A program made the position numbers and the translations under genes. From Azolla caroliniana (taxonomy: Eukaryota > Plantae > Polypodiophyta), in contig JBHGNT010000006.1 of NCBI GenBank assembly GCA_043228905.1, positions 17,174,001-17,238,000 on the forward strand: a DNA stretch of 64,000 nucleotides, in the 5' to 3' direction. Below the pieces are notes generated by a model, which did not search any database, was not told the DNA's origin, and saw nothing but the letters and a program-made list of their open reading frames with translations. Shown here one piece after another: positions 1-12,083 of the stretch; position 1 is the first letter of the stretch, and each line of letters starts with the position of its first letter.

Positions 1-1247
1 AAGGCCCCCGAGATCCTTCATCTCAAATGAGTCCGACAGCTGGGCCTTGACACGCCCGATTTCATCGGGTTCGGTGATGACTAAATCATCTACATAAAGT
101 AGGTTGCAAACCGGACCGTCTGGACCTTGCCGGATGAATAACGATGAGTTGGATTTAGAGGTCACAAACCCCATCTTACGCAACAATGAGTGATCTTCGC
201 ATTCCAAGATCAGGGGGGCTTGTTTCAGACCGTAAAGTGACTTCATAAGCTGGCACACTGCCACTTGTTCATCTCCGACTAAAAACCGAGAGGTTGGATC
301 ATATAGACCCGTTCTTCAAGGTCACCTTGAAGAAACGCATTCATGTCCATCTAGTGAAGATGCCACCCCCTTGCCGCAGCAACCGCCAATACCACATGAA
401 CCACTGTCATCTTCGCTACCGGAGTGAAGGTCTCATCGTAGTTGATTCCATGGGTCTGTGCGTATCCCTTCGCCACTAACCGGGCCTTGTACCGGTTAAC
501 CGAACCCTCAGCATTGTACTTTACCTTGCACACCCATTTGCAACCGAACGGTTTATAGTGTCGGGGAGGGTCAACGAGGTTCTATGTGTCATTGACATCA
601 AGTGCCCTCATTTCTTCTTCCATAACGGCACGCCAATTTGCGTCCTTTGTCGTTTTTGCGTAGCTCTCCAGCTCATGCACTTCCTCCACATTGGTCATGT
701 ATGCATAGTAATGCGCCATGTACTCATTATACCTGTACCGTGTAACGAGGTTCTTCTGGCGGGAAGACCGGTGTCACTTATCATCACCTGGTTTGGGGCC
801 CTTCTTGGCTGGTTCGGATTTCGTTCCCGAAGATCAACCTTCATACTTTCCGGAGTCTGATCTACTCTGATCCGACTCAACGTTACCGGTATTGTATTCC
901 GTCATCTTTTTCTTCCCCTTCTCTTTGCGCGTGAACCGTCTCCTCGGTTCCTTGTGCGGGGAGAGCACGACAAAGTCTCCACTACTCGTTGGTTCTCCAT
1001 CTGACTGGTAATCCCAACGCAGTTGCTCAGTCATCTAGAGTGCCGAAGTCTTCATCTTCTGCCTGAACCTCCTCGGGCTCACTAGCCTCATCTTCCGGAA
1101 TCGGGTCTTCGTCGGGAGTTGGAGTCGGTAAGGTGTCCCATGATGCTGTCTCATCAAACTCGGCATCTCGACTTACTCGGACCTACTTTGTCCGGGGGTT
1201 ATAGCACTCATACCCCTTCTGCTCATGCGAGTAACCGACTTGGATGC
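1..1247 (-). pseudogene. Copia element A0, integrase C-terminus to RT fragment (degenerate, runs off the window start)
   Basis: ORF 351..533 has KVKYNAEGSVNRYKARLVAKGY..DYDETF(T)PVAK, a Copia RT motif. The INT-RT linker RRRFTRKEKGKKK (834..1034) matches elements I and K. Multiple stops and frameshifts. Confidence 0.9.
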
Positions 1248-1335
1248 TGTAAAAAGAACAAGGTGTGGAAGCAACAGAAAACCGAATGTAGGAAAGAACA
1301 CAGGTTTAATGGAAAGCTTGGACACACACAGTATG

Positions 1336-1382
<47 letters not shown>

Positions 1383-1718
1383 CCCACCATTTTAAAAAAT
1401 AACATTACTCAATGTGTACATAGGATGTGCTCAGTGAGCACTTTTATACAAGTCCATACGGACTGACAGAAGTACTGACACCTACTTCGATGCTCATAAA
1501 TGAGCTCTACACTAACTCCCAAAATGTATTCCTACACGGAATATCTTTTCAACGGCCTCACGGTTTACGCACCGTTGCGGCTTCTTGTTGTGCACCGATT
1601 TGTGCACCGGTTTACGCACTTAATTTACGCACCAGTCTGCCCTAACCGATCCGTCCCAACCGATCCGATTCTCGACTTGCACAATCGATCTGGCCAATGT
1701 TGAGCTTGTATCTCAACA
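1248..1718 (-). repeat. 3' LTR of Copia A2
   Basis: TGTAAA..TCTCAACA termini, homologous to LTRs at 36592-36990, 47930-48329 and 49633-50065; abuts the PPT. Confidence 0.9.
1339..1378. repeat. (GA)20 microsatellite inside the LTR
   Basis: Read directly from the sequence. Confidence 0.95.
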
Positions 1719-1731
1719 CTCCCCCTCAAGC
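1719..1731 (-). promoter_or_regulatory. Polypurine tract of Copia A2
   Basis: Minus strand reads CTTGAGGGGGAG directly before the LTR TG. Confidence 0.9.
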
Positions 1732-2747
1732 TCAACTTGAGGCTCTTCAGGTTCTTCCAGATCACCACTCTGGTTTCTTCTAGCTTCGTGCCTCGCTCGC
1801 GCTCCTCGACCTATTCGATTCCGCGCGCCTCGACCCTTCCGGTCAGCGTGTGTGCTCGTGCGACCCTTCTCAATTCCCTTGTTGTCGCAGTGTTGGAGCC
1901 TCTTCGGCTGCCCCTTCTTCCGCTTGGCCCTAGGTTGATTCGGTGTCTCCGAATCAAACATCCAAACCGAATCGGCTTCCTCCGATCAGTTTTCGCTCTC
2001 ATCCGAGTTGGCTTCATCTCTCCCACGCTTGGCTGGCTTCAGCTCTTTCTTTCGATTGTTGTCCTCATGTCCGCTTTCGAACTCTTTCGCGGATCTACCC
2101 TCGGCTTCTTTAGCCGACCCGAAATCGAAATCGTCATCCGACTCGGCGTCACGGTCTCTTCCGCTCCTTTCCTGTTCCCATATGTGGTCTTCCAGGACTT
2201 CTCTCCCCCTCAAGTTCAGCACATCGAGGTGACGTAGCCCAAGCGCATCCAAGAATTGCTGCAACTTATCGAGACCAAGGGGCTTGGTGAAAATGTCGGC
2301 GGTCTGCCGATCCGTCGGAACATACTGAAGTTCGACTTCAACAGAGAGGACACGCTCGCGGACAAAGTGGTAGTGCACCTCAATGTGCTTAGTCTGGGCG
2401 TGGAGGATAGGGTTCTTCGCTAATTGGATGCTGCTAAGGTTGTCGCAGTAGATCGTCATTGGATCGGACACCTCCACCCGCAGATCCTTAAGTAGTTGTT
2501 TCAGCCAAATGGCTTCGCATGTTGCGATAGCCGCTCCGCTATACTCGGCTTCGGTGCTCGACAATGCAACTGTCGGTTGCTTCTTGCTACTCCATGTGAT
2601 CGCAACACTCCCAAGAGAGAACGTGAATCTGGATGTGGATCAGCGATCACCGGCGTTTCCGGCCCAATCAACATCGGTGTAATCGACTAACTGCGCGGCA
2701 ATATTGGTCTGATATAGATGCCCCCAGTCCTTAGTGCCACTGACGTA

Positions 2748-4104
2748 GATGGTACGAGACCTCCAGATTGCACAAGCAAAGAGGTACGGTGGCGAGCAAC
2801 CTTGTGACTGAAGGCCTCTGGCTAGGCATCAGTGCTTGTGGTGTGATGCAGTCGGTCACATCCGGAAGGACTGCAGGGAATTCATGGAAGCACTCAGGGC
2901 TAACATGTTGTACCTGTGAAACGGGTGAATACATGCTAGCGAGACCCGGAGAGCCCTGGAGTTGAACATCGAACGCGGAGGAATGAAGCGGCTGATGGAA
3001 GAAGCGGTGGCGCGCCATGTGGAGATCATCCAGTCCCTGGCGTCAGCAGGAATCTGGGTAGAGAGTGACGAAGGCCGGAGGACGAAGGACTATGGGTTCT
3101 GGCCATTGGTGCTAGAAGGCCTCACTGGTGTGCGGTTGAGGAAGGAGGAAGCAGACCGCGCGGAAAGATAGGTCCGGGAGGTCACCGGGTGGAGCGATCC
3201 GGTCGAGGAAAAGACCAACTTCGTGGAAGCCGTGTGCTAGAACTACGAGGTTCTGGTAGAAGACAAACGTGTAGGGAAGGCTGGAGGGGCCAGACCCTCG
3301 TAGTGGTACAAGACCAGGTTCGGGCCGAAGTAGAATGACGTCGGTACTTCCGGCACACAGGATAAAACAAACAAAGCCAGTTACCGGTTGAGCACCGAGA
3401 TAGAAAGAACGACGGACCTGCGGAAGGTCCTTGACGAATGAATCCTCGATAGCAAGGTGGAGCTGTCATTAAGGGAAGTGCTTGGGATCTCCAAGAAGGA
3501 TTTCCACAACTCCATCGCGGACTTGGTGAAGCGGAAAAGGCTTTCGACGGAGCCGGAGCTAGAGAAGTCGGTGGAGGTGCGAACGATGCACCTAGAAGAT
3601 ATGGCCCTAGAAGACAAGTTGGCGGAAAGCCACTATTCGAAGTTGCACTGGGCAAGAGCCACTACGGAGACCCCGGTTTGGATCAGACACGTCCAGGAGT
3701 CGGTGGTGGCATTGGTGGACCACGGCTCGAAGATCAACCTGATGTCTATGGACTTCTACAAGAAAGGCAAGTGGCTGATCAACACCAAGCACGGGTGGAA
3801 AATATGAGTGGCGACGCGCGCCTCGGAGGAGCTACACGGGGCCCGCCCAAATGTATGGGTGAAAATCGGTGATGTCGAGATTGACCAACACTTATTCGTG
3901 TAGGAGACATCCTCACATCCAGTGATACTCAGAGAACCGTACATTACGGCAGCACGCATGGAGAAGAAGGTGCTGGATAATGGTTTGGCGTACGCACGTG
4001 TGAAGAGCTAAGATGGGCGACACTCCGTCCAATTTCTGACGGTACGACCGAACCACGAGTGCAACCGCGAGACCCTCGGTGGCGAAAGCCGAGGGGATTT
4101 ATAG
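2748..4104 (+). pseudogene. B gag (zinc knuckle)-protease ORF, disrupted
   Basis: Fragments 2962..3171 and 3457..3807 match D ORF 44957..46225; ends GAT TTA TAG. Confidence 0.85.
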
Positions 4105-5569
4105 AGATGGCTATCAAGGCGTGGGGCCGCAATAGTCTGGACACCCCAGAAACACCCCACATGTGTACCATAGGAAGGAAGCCCAGTACTATAAATAGGA
4201 AATTTTGGTTCTCCGACAACGGAGGTTGTACGATAACCGGCATTAGCGGTCGGGAGAAGAAACGGGCGGAGGGACGTCTCAGGGCGTGCGGAGTCCTAGG
4301 CCCCGGCGATGAGATTGGTAGAGCCATGGAGGCGGTCTCTTTCGACGACACCTTGGGGGACTTAAAGAAGGTGTTCGAAGAAGGCCTCAGCGAAGACCAG
4401 ACGATTCCGGTTAGTTCGGAAATTATGTAGGAAGTCATCGCCGACTTTGGGGAGAGGGTTGAGTTGGATCGGGCGGCCCATGTGCATACGAAGTACAAGA
4501 CTGTGGACCAGAAGGTGAGGCCAGTCACGACACCCTTGCCGGAGGGCAACGAGTTACGGATGAAAGGGATCACGTCGGACCCAAGTCTACGGGATCTGGC
4601 CGGCATAGGACACCGGTTCACCAACATAACGCTACGGGAGCTCAAGTTGGTGGGGGTGGCTTTCTATTGCTGCCGGAGGAGGAACGATTTCGAAGAATGC
4701 TCGGGAGGCACAGGAAGGCCTTCGCATTCTCGCTGGAAGAGATCGGGTGCATAGACCCGACGTCGTTGAGCTGATGGTTATCTTCACGGTACCACATGTG
4801 CCGTGGAATCTCAAACCGATTCCAGTACCTAGAGTTCACATCTCGAAGCTGATGGAACTGCTGAAGCAAAAGGTGGAGATGGGCATCCTCGAACCGTCGA
4901 GTACCCCATACTCGAATCGGTGGTTTACCATGCCAAAGAAGAACAGCACGTTGCGCTTTATTCAAGACCTGCAATCGGTCAACAAGGTGACCATTCGGAA
5001 CGCAGGAATCGGACCGACCATTGACGAGCTCCTAGAGGCCTTCACTGGAAGGTCGATTTACTCGGTCAGGGATCTGTACTCAAGGTACGACCAATTCCAA
5101 CTAGCCGTAGAGAGTAGGGATATTACGACAATGCGGACTCCTCTCGGCCTAGTGCGGATGTGTACCCTTCCGCAAGGAGGGACAAACTCGGTAGCGCACA
5201 TAGTGAATGCGATGAATAAGGTGCTAAAGGACTGCATCCCGAACATCACCATGCCGTTTTTGGATGACATTCCGATCAAGGGATGTCCAGTGGAGGATAA
5301 GGACGCAACGGTCGGACCGGACGAGTGTTGGAAATTCGTCTCAGACTACATCGGAGACTACGAGAAGGTTCTACAGAAGTTGGAAGGCGTGCGGCTCACC
5401 TTCTCCGAGGAGAAATCAACTTTCGGACAATCGGAAATCATGGTCGTCGGACACCTATGTGGGCCTTATGGCCGGAAACCATCTCCGGCTAAGGTGGAAG
5501 CTATCTCCGCAATAAAGGAAGACTGCAGGTTGGTTACAGAATTGCGGAGGTTCTTGGGAGCTTCCGCGT
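4095..5569 (+). pseudogene. B pol part 1 (RT), starting in the -1 frame relative to gag-PR
   Basis: ORF 4747..5598: LRFIQDLQ, DLYSRYDQ, LPQGGTNS, PFLDD. Confidence 0.9.
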
Positions 5570-6559
5570 TGTCGTGTGGTTTTTCACACACGATATGAAA
5601 ACTAGTAAAATAATTATTTACGATTAGCTTAATATATTAATATGCAAAGATAGATGTGTTCAAGAGCTTCATAACGTATTTTACTACGCATAAAACGAAT
5701 AAACAAGTATCAAGTTATGTGAGTGTGAAGTTTGAAGAAAAGAAAAGAAAAGACAAAACTGTGAAATATCCCACATAAATAGGACAACATTGGAACCCAA
5801 AATATATAAGGGAAACCAAAACATATCCATTCTATCAATGTGTGGAGCACAGAATGTTCAAGGTGACTTGGGCTACATTGTGTGGTGTGCATGCTTCGGG
5901 CATACGCGTGTATACACGACTGGGCGTACGCGCGTGTGCATGGCCTCGTGGACGTTTTCAGGCATACGCGCGCATGGACGTCTTCGGATGGCCTCATGGA
6001 CATTTTCAGACATACACACATGGACGTCTTCGGATGTACGCGTGGACGTTTCGGACAGACGTGTATGTGTGGATGAGCGCGCGGATGGGTTCCAACTAAA
6101 AGTGGGCATGCAAAGTAACATTGGGAAGGAGGATCAACAAGGAGCTCGATATATGTCCCATTTTTTCCCTCCTAGTTTTTTTTTTTTTACTTCCTTCTTC
6201 TTCCCTCTCGGATTCCAGAAACAAATTATCTTACATATTGATATCAAACTCTTAGCTTTGTTTACTCGATTTTTCTGGTCAAAAATTATCTCTCATATTC
6301 ATATCAGACCACTCCTTGCATGGTTGTTGGCTCCTTTCTTTGAAAAATTGATCTCTCATTTCCATACCCAACCCATTGTAACACGATTCTGAAATTATAA
6401 AAAATCAATTTTCTTTTGCAATAAACTAATTATTTGTTTCTCCCACTTGTTTTATGCTTAAAACCTGCTTGTGTTGTACTTGTTGCACTAAATCCTTCTA
6501 GTCTAGAACCCCGGTGATTCCGTCTCACAATCCGCATATAGTGACGGATTTTCACGAGA
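5570..6559 (+). repeat. 5' LTR of C (990 bp)
   Basis: Direct repeat of 17421-18956 apart from the central repeat block. Confidence 0.92.
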
Positions 6560-6567
6560 TAATTAAG

Positions 6568-6585
6568 TGGTGAACTCGACGTGAA
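6568..6585 (+). promoter_or_regulatory. Primer binding site, tRNA-Trp
   Basis: TGGTGAACTCGACGTGAA is complementary to the plant tRNA-Trp 3' end (..UUCACGUCGGGUUCACCA, recalled) with one mismatch; 8 nt from the LTR. Confidence 0.85.
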
Positions 6586-6616
6586 AGGGGCGGTAGGGAT
6601 GATATCAAGTGCAACG

Positions 6617-8953
6617 ATGGCTTCCACAAGCGGAACTCAAGGAGAGGAATTAACGAAAGGCATGGTGTCCGTAGTGGAATACATGCTGAAGGTGAGAGAT
6701 CGAGAAGCTTTAATCGACAAAGATGTAGATCGCACGGTCGAGATAGCTCGACGATTTGGTGGCAAGAACATCACGGATTATCTTGCTACCTATCGGAACG
6801 AGATGCAACAAAGGGATGTCAATGATCTCAAACAAATTTCTAGCTTCAAACATGTGGTGGAACCAGGGATCCGCGAGCGCGTCATGGAGATCCTAAACGA
6901 GCATGCAACTTGGGCGGAGTTTGAAAAGGCACTTCTCGCCGAATACATGCTTTGAAGATGCATCGCGGATGACTCGACATACGCTAATGTCTTGGATCGA
7001 GAAGAAAGGGAAGAATATGTGTGCGTCTGGAGTATATGCCGAATTCGACCAGAAGTATAACCGACTTCCGAGTGTTGATCAACGAGTTCTCGATGGAGAT
7101 AAAGTCCTACTATTCCTTAAGGCAGTGGATGCAAAAGATCGGCGTGAATTGGGTAACTTTTTGGAGGATGAAACACAACCAAATGGCTTGGTAGGGGACT
7201 GGGCGGCGGTGGAGAAGGCTTGTAGCCATCTTGATAAGCGTCGACAATGGCAAGAGGAAACTGATATGGAGAATCCACAATCGTGGAGGAGGAAGGCGCC
7301 TATGACGATTGAGCCTAGCAAGCCGATCAACAATTTCGACAAGAAAGCGATGGAAGAATCCATAATCGAAGAGCTCTCCAAGAAGTTTGAAGCGGTATCG
7401 TTGGCCAACTTACTGATATGGAGAATCCACAATCGTGGAGGAGGAAGGCGCCTATGACGATCGAGCCTAGCAAGCCGATCAACAATTTTGACAAGAAAGC
7501 GATGGAAGAATCCATAATCGAAGAGCTCTCCAAGAAGCTTGAAGCGGTATCGTTGGCCAACTTAGGTCGACGCGGGCCCAAGGGAAAAGAAGTGTATAGA
7601 TGTGTGTGGTGCGATAGCTTCGAGCACTCACGAAGGGAGTGCACTGACTTGCAAGACGCGATTCGCAAGAATGTCGTCTATTTAGATGGCAATATGATCC
7701 ACTCGAGCGAGACCCGAAAGCCACTAGGAGTGAACTTCGGAAGAGGCGAGCTGAAAAAGATCGTGGAAGAGGAAGATGCAAGGCATGTGGAAGCCATGCA
7801 CTACGCCGCATCGGCGGGAATACGAGTCGGAAGAGAGAATCCAAAGACGATCAAGCCAGGAGTTGGGTTTTGGCCAATGTTATTCGAGTGTGAAAAGAAA
7901 GGAAAAATAGATTTGGAGGATCTAAAACATGCTGATCAGAATGTGCAATGAGTTACCGGATGGTCGGATCCAGTCGACGATAACACAAGCTTTGCAGAGG
8001 TTGTGTGTGACAACTATGAAGCTCTTGTTGAAGAGAAGAGGAAAAGAACCGGTGAAGAAGATGGCACATCAAAGCGTCATAATACGAGGAATGTAGGGAA
8101 AGAAGGACAAGCCCAACCTACACCACAAAAAGAGATAGGAGAAACAAGCATGAAGCCCGGTGGATCGAGCCAACCTTCTCGGATGGAAGTCGATGAATCT
8201 GTGAAGAAAGGAAAGGAATGAGTGCCGCCGACTTACAAGCTAAGGTCGGACATAGAATAAACAACCAATTTGCGGAAGGTCCTTTAGGAGAAGGTTTTAG
8301 ACAGTCATGTCGACCTTACTTTGAGAGAGCTACTTGGGATCTCTAAGAAGGAGTTCCACGATATTATCGTGGACTTGATTAAGCGGAAGTGGCAACAATC
8401 GGATGAAGAAGAGGTGAAAACAAGTCCCGTAACCATGGCAAGATCCGAAGAGGAGGAGGAAGAAGAAGTGATGGCAGACAGCCATTACTCATGGCCTCAT
8501 TGGGCAAGAGCGACAACAGAGACGCCGGTGAAGATCGGAGAGAAGAAGGAGACCGTGGTAGCCTTGATTGACCATGGTTCGGAGATCAACCTCATGTCGA
8601 CCGAATTCTGCAAGAAAGGAAGATGGCCGATCAACACAAACCACAGATGGAAGATACGAGCGGCAACGAAGGCCACGGAAGACTTGTACGGAGCTTGCCC
8701 CAATGTTAAAGTCACAATCGGAGATGTGGAGATGGATCAACACTTCTTCGTGCAAGACTCGGCTTCACATCCCGTCATCCTAGGACAACCATATATCACA
8801 TCGTCCTGGATGGAGACTAAGGTGTTCGATAATGGAGCGGCCTTCGCGCGAGTCAAGAGCCTTGACAATCAAAGATCTGTTCAATTCCTTACGGTGCGGG
8901 CTAATCACGAAAGGAACCGAGATAGCCTTGGAGGCGAATCCTCAGATTTTTAG
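6617..8953 (+). pseudogene. C gag-protease ORF, disrupted
   Basis: CVWCDSFEHSRREC zinc knuckle and LIDHGSEINL protease; frameshifts and stops; ends GAT TTT TAG. Confidence 0.9.
7261..7564 (+). repeat. 152-bp tandem duplication in C gag
   Basis: CTGATATGGAGAATCC..GCCAACTTA at 7261-7412 and 7413-7564. Confidence 0.92.
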
Positions 8954-9007
8954 AGCGGACTATTGAAGCGTGGGGCACAAATAGTCCGAGCAATCATAAG
9001 TCCCCAC
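8944..9007 (+). promoter_or_regulatory. Predicted -1 frameshift signal (slippery heptamer + H-type pseudoknot)
   Basis: A_GAT_TTT, 5-nt spacer, stem 1 CGGACTATT/AATAGTCCG, stem 2 GTGGGG/CCCCAC; conserved in B and D. Confidence 0.75.
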
Positions 9008-11539
9008 AAGGAAGCGAAATAACTGGATCGCAAGGAGAAGCAACATGTGTGACACCTAGTGGTGCATGTAAACTAACACTACTCAACAAGAAGGACAAGC
9101 GTCAGATACAAGACTTCAAGAAGATGCTGAAAGAAGAAAGCATAATTGAAGAAGAAGAATTCGTGTCTCATATTCTAGAGGTAGCCTCATTTAACGACAC
9201 CATCGGTGAAATCGAGGAAGTCGTGGAATTGAGCTACCCTCACGATCAAAATGTGATTTCGGTTAACTCCGTCAACATGTACGCTAGCATCGATGAATAT
9301 CATCGAGGCATCTTGATGGAGGAAGCTGAAGTCAACACAAAATATAAAACGGTGGATAAGAAGATCAAGCCAGTTGTGGTTCCGCTACCGGAAGATAGCT
9401 GGTAGAAGATGAAAGAAGTTGCCAATGATCCAAGCTTAAGGGATCCAAAGGCAATAGGTCATGTCTTCACCAAAGAGACGAAAGGAAAGCTACAAGTTGG
9501 AAGGGAAGATTTCCTTCTCCTTGAAGAGGAGAGAATGTTCCGCGGAATGCTTCCATGGGAAAGCCTTTGCCTTCTCTCCACAAGAGATCGGATGTGCCGA
9601 CTCGAAGATGATAGAGCCGATGGTGATTTTTACGGTGCCGCATGTACCTTGGAACCTCAAGCTGATACCAGTTCCAAGAGCTCACATTCCAAAGTTGATT
9701 GAGCTTCTAAAGGAAAAGGTTAGGATGGGAATTCTTGAGCCATCCAATGCTCCCTACTCTAATAGATGGTTTACGGTGCCGAAGAAGAACGGGTCCTTAC
9801 ACTTTATACAAGATCTCCAACCCGTCAACAAGGTGACGATCCGAAATGCCGGAATTGGTCCAAGCGTGGATGAATTTGCCGAAGCTTTCGCGGGAAGATC
9901 GATCTATTCCATTGGTGATCTCTATTCGGGTTATGATTAGTTTCAATTGCTCGTCGATAGTAGAGATATAATGACAATGAGGACGCCGATCGGGTTGGTA
10001 AGGATGTGCACCTTACCCCAAGGTGCGACAAATTCCGTAGCCCACATGGTGAATGCCATGAACAAAGTGTTGAGGAATTCTATCCCTGATATCACAATGC
10101 CCTTCTTAGACGACATTCCAATCAAAGGATGCTTGGTGGAAGAAAAAGATGAATCGAAAGATGACGATGGTTGCCGAAGATTCGTCATCGATTATATAAA
10201 GGATAGTGAGAAGGTGTTGCAAAAGCTTGAGGATGCGAATCTCACGTTTTCGGGAGAGAAGTCTGCATTCGGTCAACCAGAAATATTGGTAGTAGGAAAT
10301 TTATGTGGGTCTTATGGCCGGAAGCCATCTCCATCCAAGGTGAACGCTATTCAAGAGATGAAAGAAGAATGTGTGTCTCAAACGGAGGTGCGAAGATTCT
10401 TGGGATCATGTGCATTCTATCACATATGGATTCCACATTATGCCCATGTCGTTGAACCATTGTATGGACTATTAAAGAAAAGGAAGAAGTTTGAATGGGA
10501 AGATGAGCATACCTACGCGATTCGAAAGCTAAAGAAACTATTATTGGAAGCTCGAGCACTGCGCAAAGCCAACTACACCGATGGTACCCTGATATATGTG
10601 ACGGTGGATACGAGCCCAACCAGAATTGGATGGGTGATAAACCAAGAAGACAAAGAAAAGAATCGATATGCAATCCGATTCGGTGCGAAGGTGTTAACTG
10701 AAAGACAAAGGAAGTATGGTCAAGTAAAGAGAGAGCTATGGGGAATAGTATCCGCAGTTAAAATCGACTGTGACTACCTTATAGGAACAGAGGTCATAAT
10801 CGAAACCAATTGTCTACCTATTCTCGGAATGATATCCGGTTGTGCTACACCGGATATTGCTATGCTACGATGGATTGCTTATATCAAATCCCTCAACCCC
10901 GAGATTCGGCATATAAATGGAAAGCATAATGTGGTGGCTGATATGTTGTCAAGGGCGAGGTATGAGGGTGAAGAAGATTTGCACTCCGACGAAGAGGATG
11001 TTGGCCTAAACTTCTTTACGGTTTCTTGTGCTCGGGTGCTAGCAATGTTCAAAGTAGAAGATTATGAGGGTGAATTCATTGAAATTGGCAAATACTTAAG
11101 CTCTCTTACAAAAGATGAATCATGGTCAAAGGAAGACTTCTACCGAATTAGGAAGAAGGCCTACAAGTTCTTCCTCAAAGAAGGACATCTATGGAAGTTT
11201 CCGAAGAAGAAGAATGGAACTCCACTTCGAGTGGTGTGCAAGAAACAGGATCAACAAACACTAATTGCTAAATTTCATGATAGTGTGTGGGCAGGTCATC
11301 GTGGTATATGGGCAACATTTGCAAAGCTCAAGGAGAAGTATTGGTGACCGGGTGTTTACAAAGATGTAGCAAGCTATGTTGAAACATGTGAGCAATGCCA
11401 ATTATACTCGAATATTCAACATAGGGATGAACTTCAGCCGACATATCCATTATCAATGCACTATAAGTGGTTGGTAGACATACTGGTTATGCCAATGGGA
11501 TTGGGGCAAATGAAATATCTCGTGCTAGCAAGAGAGGAT
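8944..11539 (+). pseudogene. C pol part 1 (RT, RNase H, INT N-terminus)
   Basis: ORFs 9461..9940 and 9947..11347: PFLDD, VDTSPT, ADMLSR, FHDSVWAGHRG. Confidence 0.92.
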
Positions 11540-11975
11540 TGTTACCCGTTCCTTTGGGTGAACACCTTCGATAGATCTGCGTCTATCGGTCTTCAAGGGC
11601 GTGGTACGTGAAGGCTCGTATAGAGGCGTCGAGAGAGATACAGGGCTCAGAGAGAAAACACTAGCGAGGTTTTGATAGACGTGGCGGCGTGAAACTCATA
11701 GGTATAGATCGAACCACAGACTAATGCAACACAAATAGGCACAATTAAGATATATTACTATGGCAGAAAAGGGTTACAGAACACGGCCTATGGACGGTGA
11801 CCTTAAGAGTTTATCTAATTACGAATGACTAAGCTAGTGCTTCCGCCTATATTTTTTTCTCCCCTCGTTTAAATAACTTTTCCCCTAACACATAGCCGAG
11901 CCATCGGTGGCCCGTGATACTCGGACTCGGCGTTTGCTAATTTCCTAATTTTACATTTATGTCCTCTGGACAACA
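11540..11975 (-). repeat. 3' LTR of E
   Basis: Direct repeat of 16067-16523 with a ~21-bp deletion. Confidence 0.93.
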
Positions 11976-11977
11976 CC

Positions 11978-12020
11978 TGGCACGCCCGTGGGACAGGACC
12001 TTGTCCGTCGGACCCACGAC
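11978..12020 (-). other. tRNA-Arg 3'-half mimic ending in CCA at the PPT position of E
   Basis: Minus strand GTCGTGGGTCCGA-CGGACAAGGTCCT-GTCCCACGGGCGTGCCA, then GG, then the LTR. Confidence 0.75.
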
Positions 12021-12083
12021 TTACAAAATACGACAATATTACAAAAATTGCCTTTTAGGCGTGATCCTCGTTTCATTCCTCCT

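Larger units (their letters stand above)
1248..2747 (-). mobile_element. Copia element A2, 3' portion (RT end, RNase H, tail, PPT, 3' LTR); 5' part deleted
   Basis: RNase H motifs SSTEAEY..YCDNLSSI..TKHIEVHYHFVRE..ADIFTKPL in ORF 1986..2564. Its LTR interrupts the A0 coding sequence at 1247/1248. Confidence 0.9.

Noticed and set aside
11978-12020. A real tRNA gene, or evidence that E/F are plus-oriented
   Set aside because: Only the 3' half is present, with encoded CCA and an insert; the ORFs, TATA-like box and 5' PBS all indicate minus orientation.
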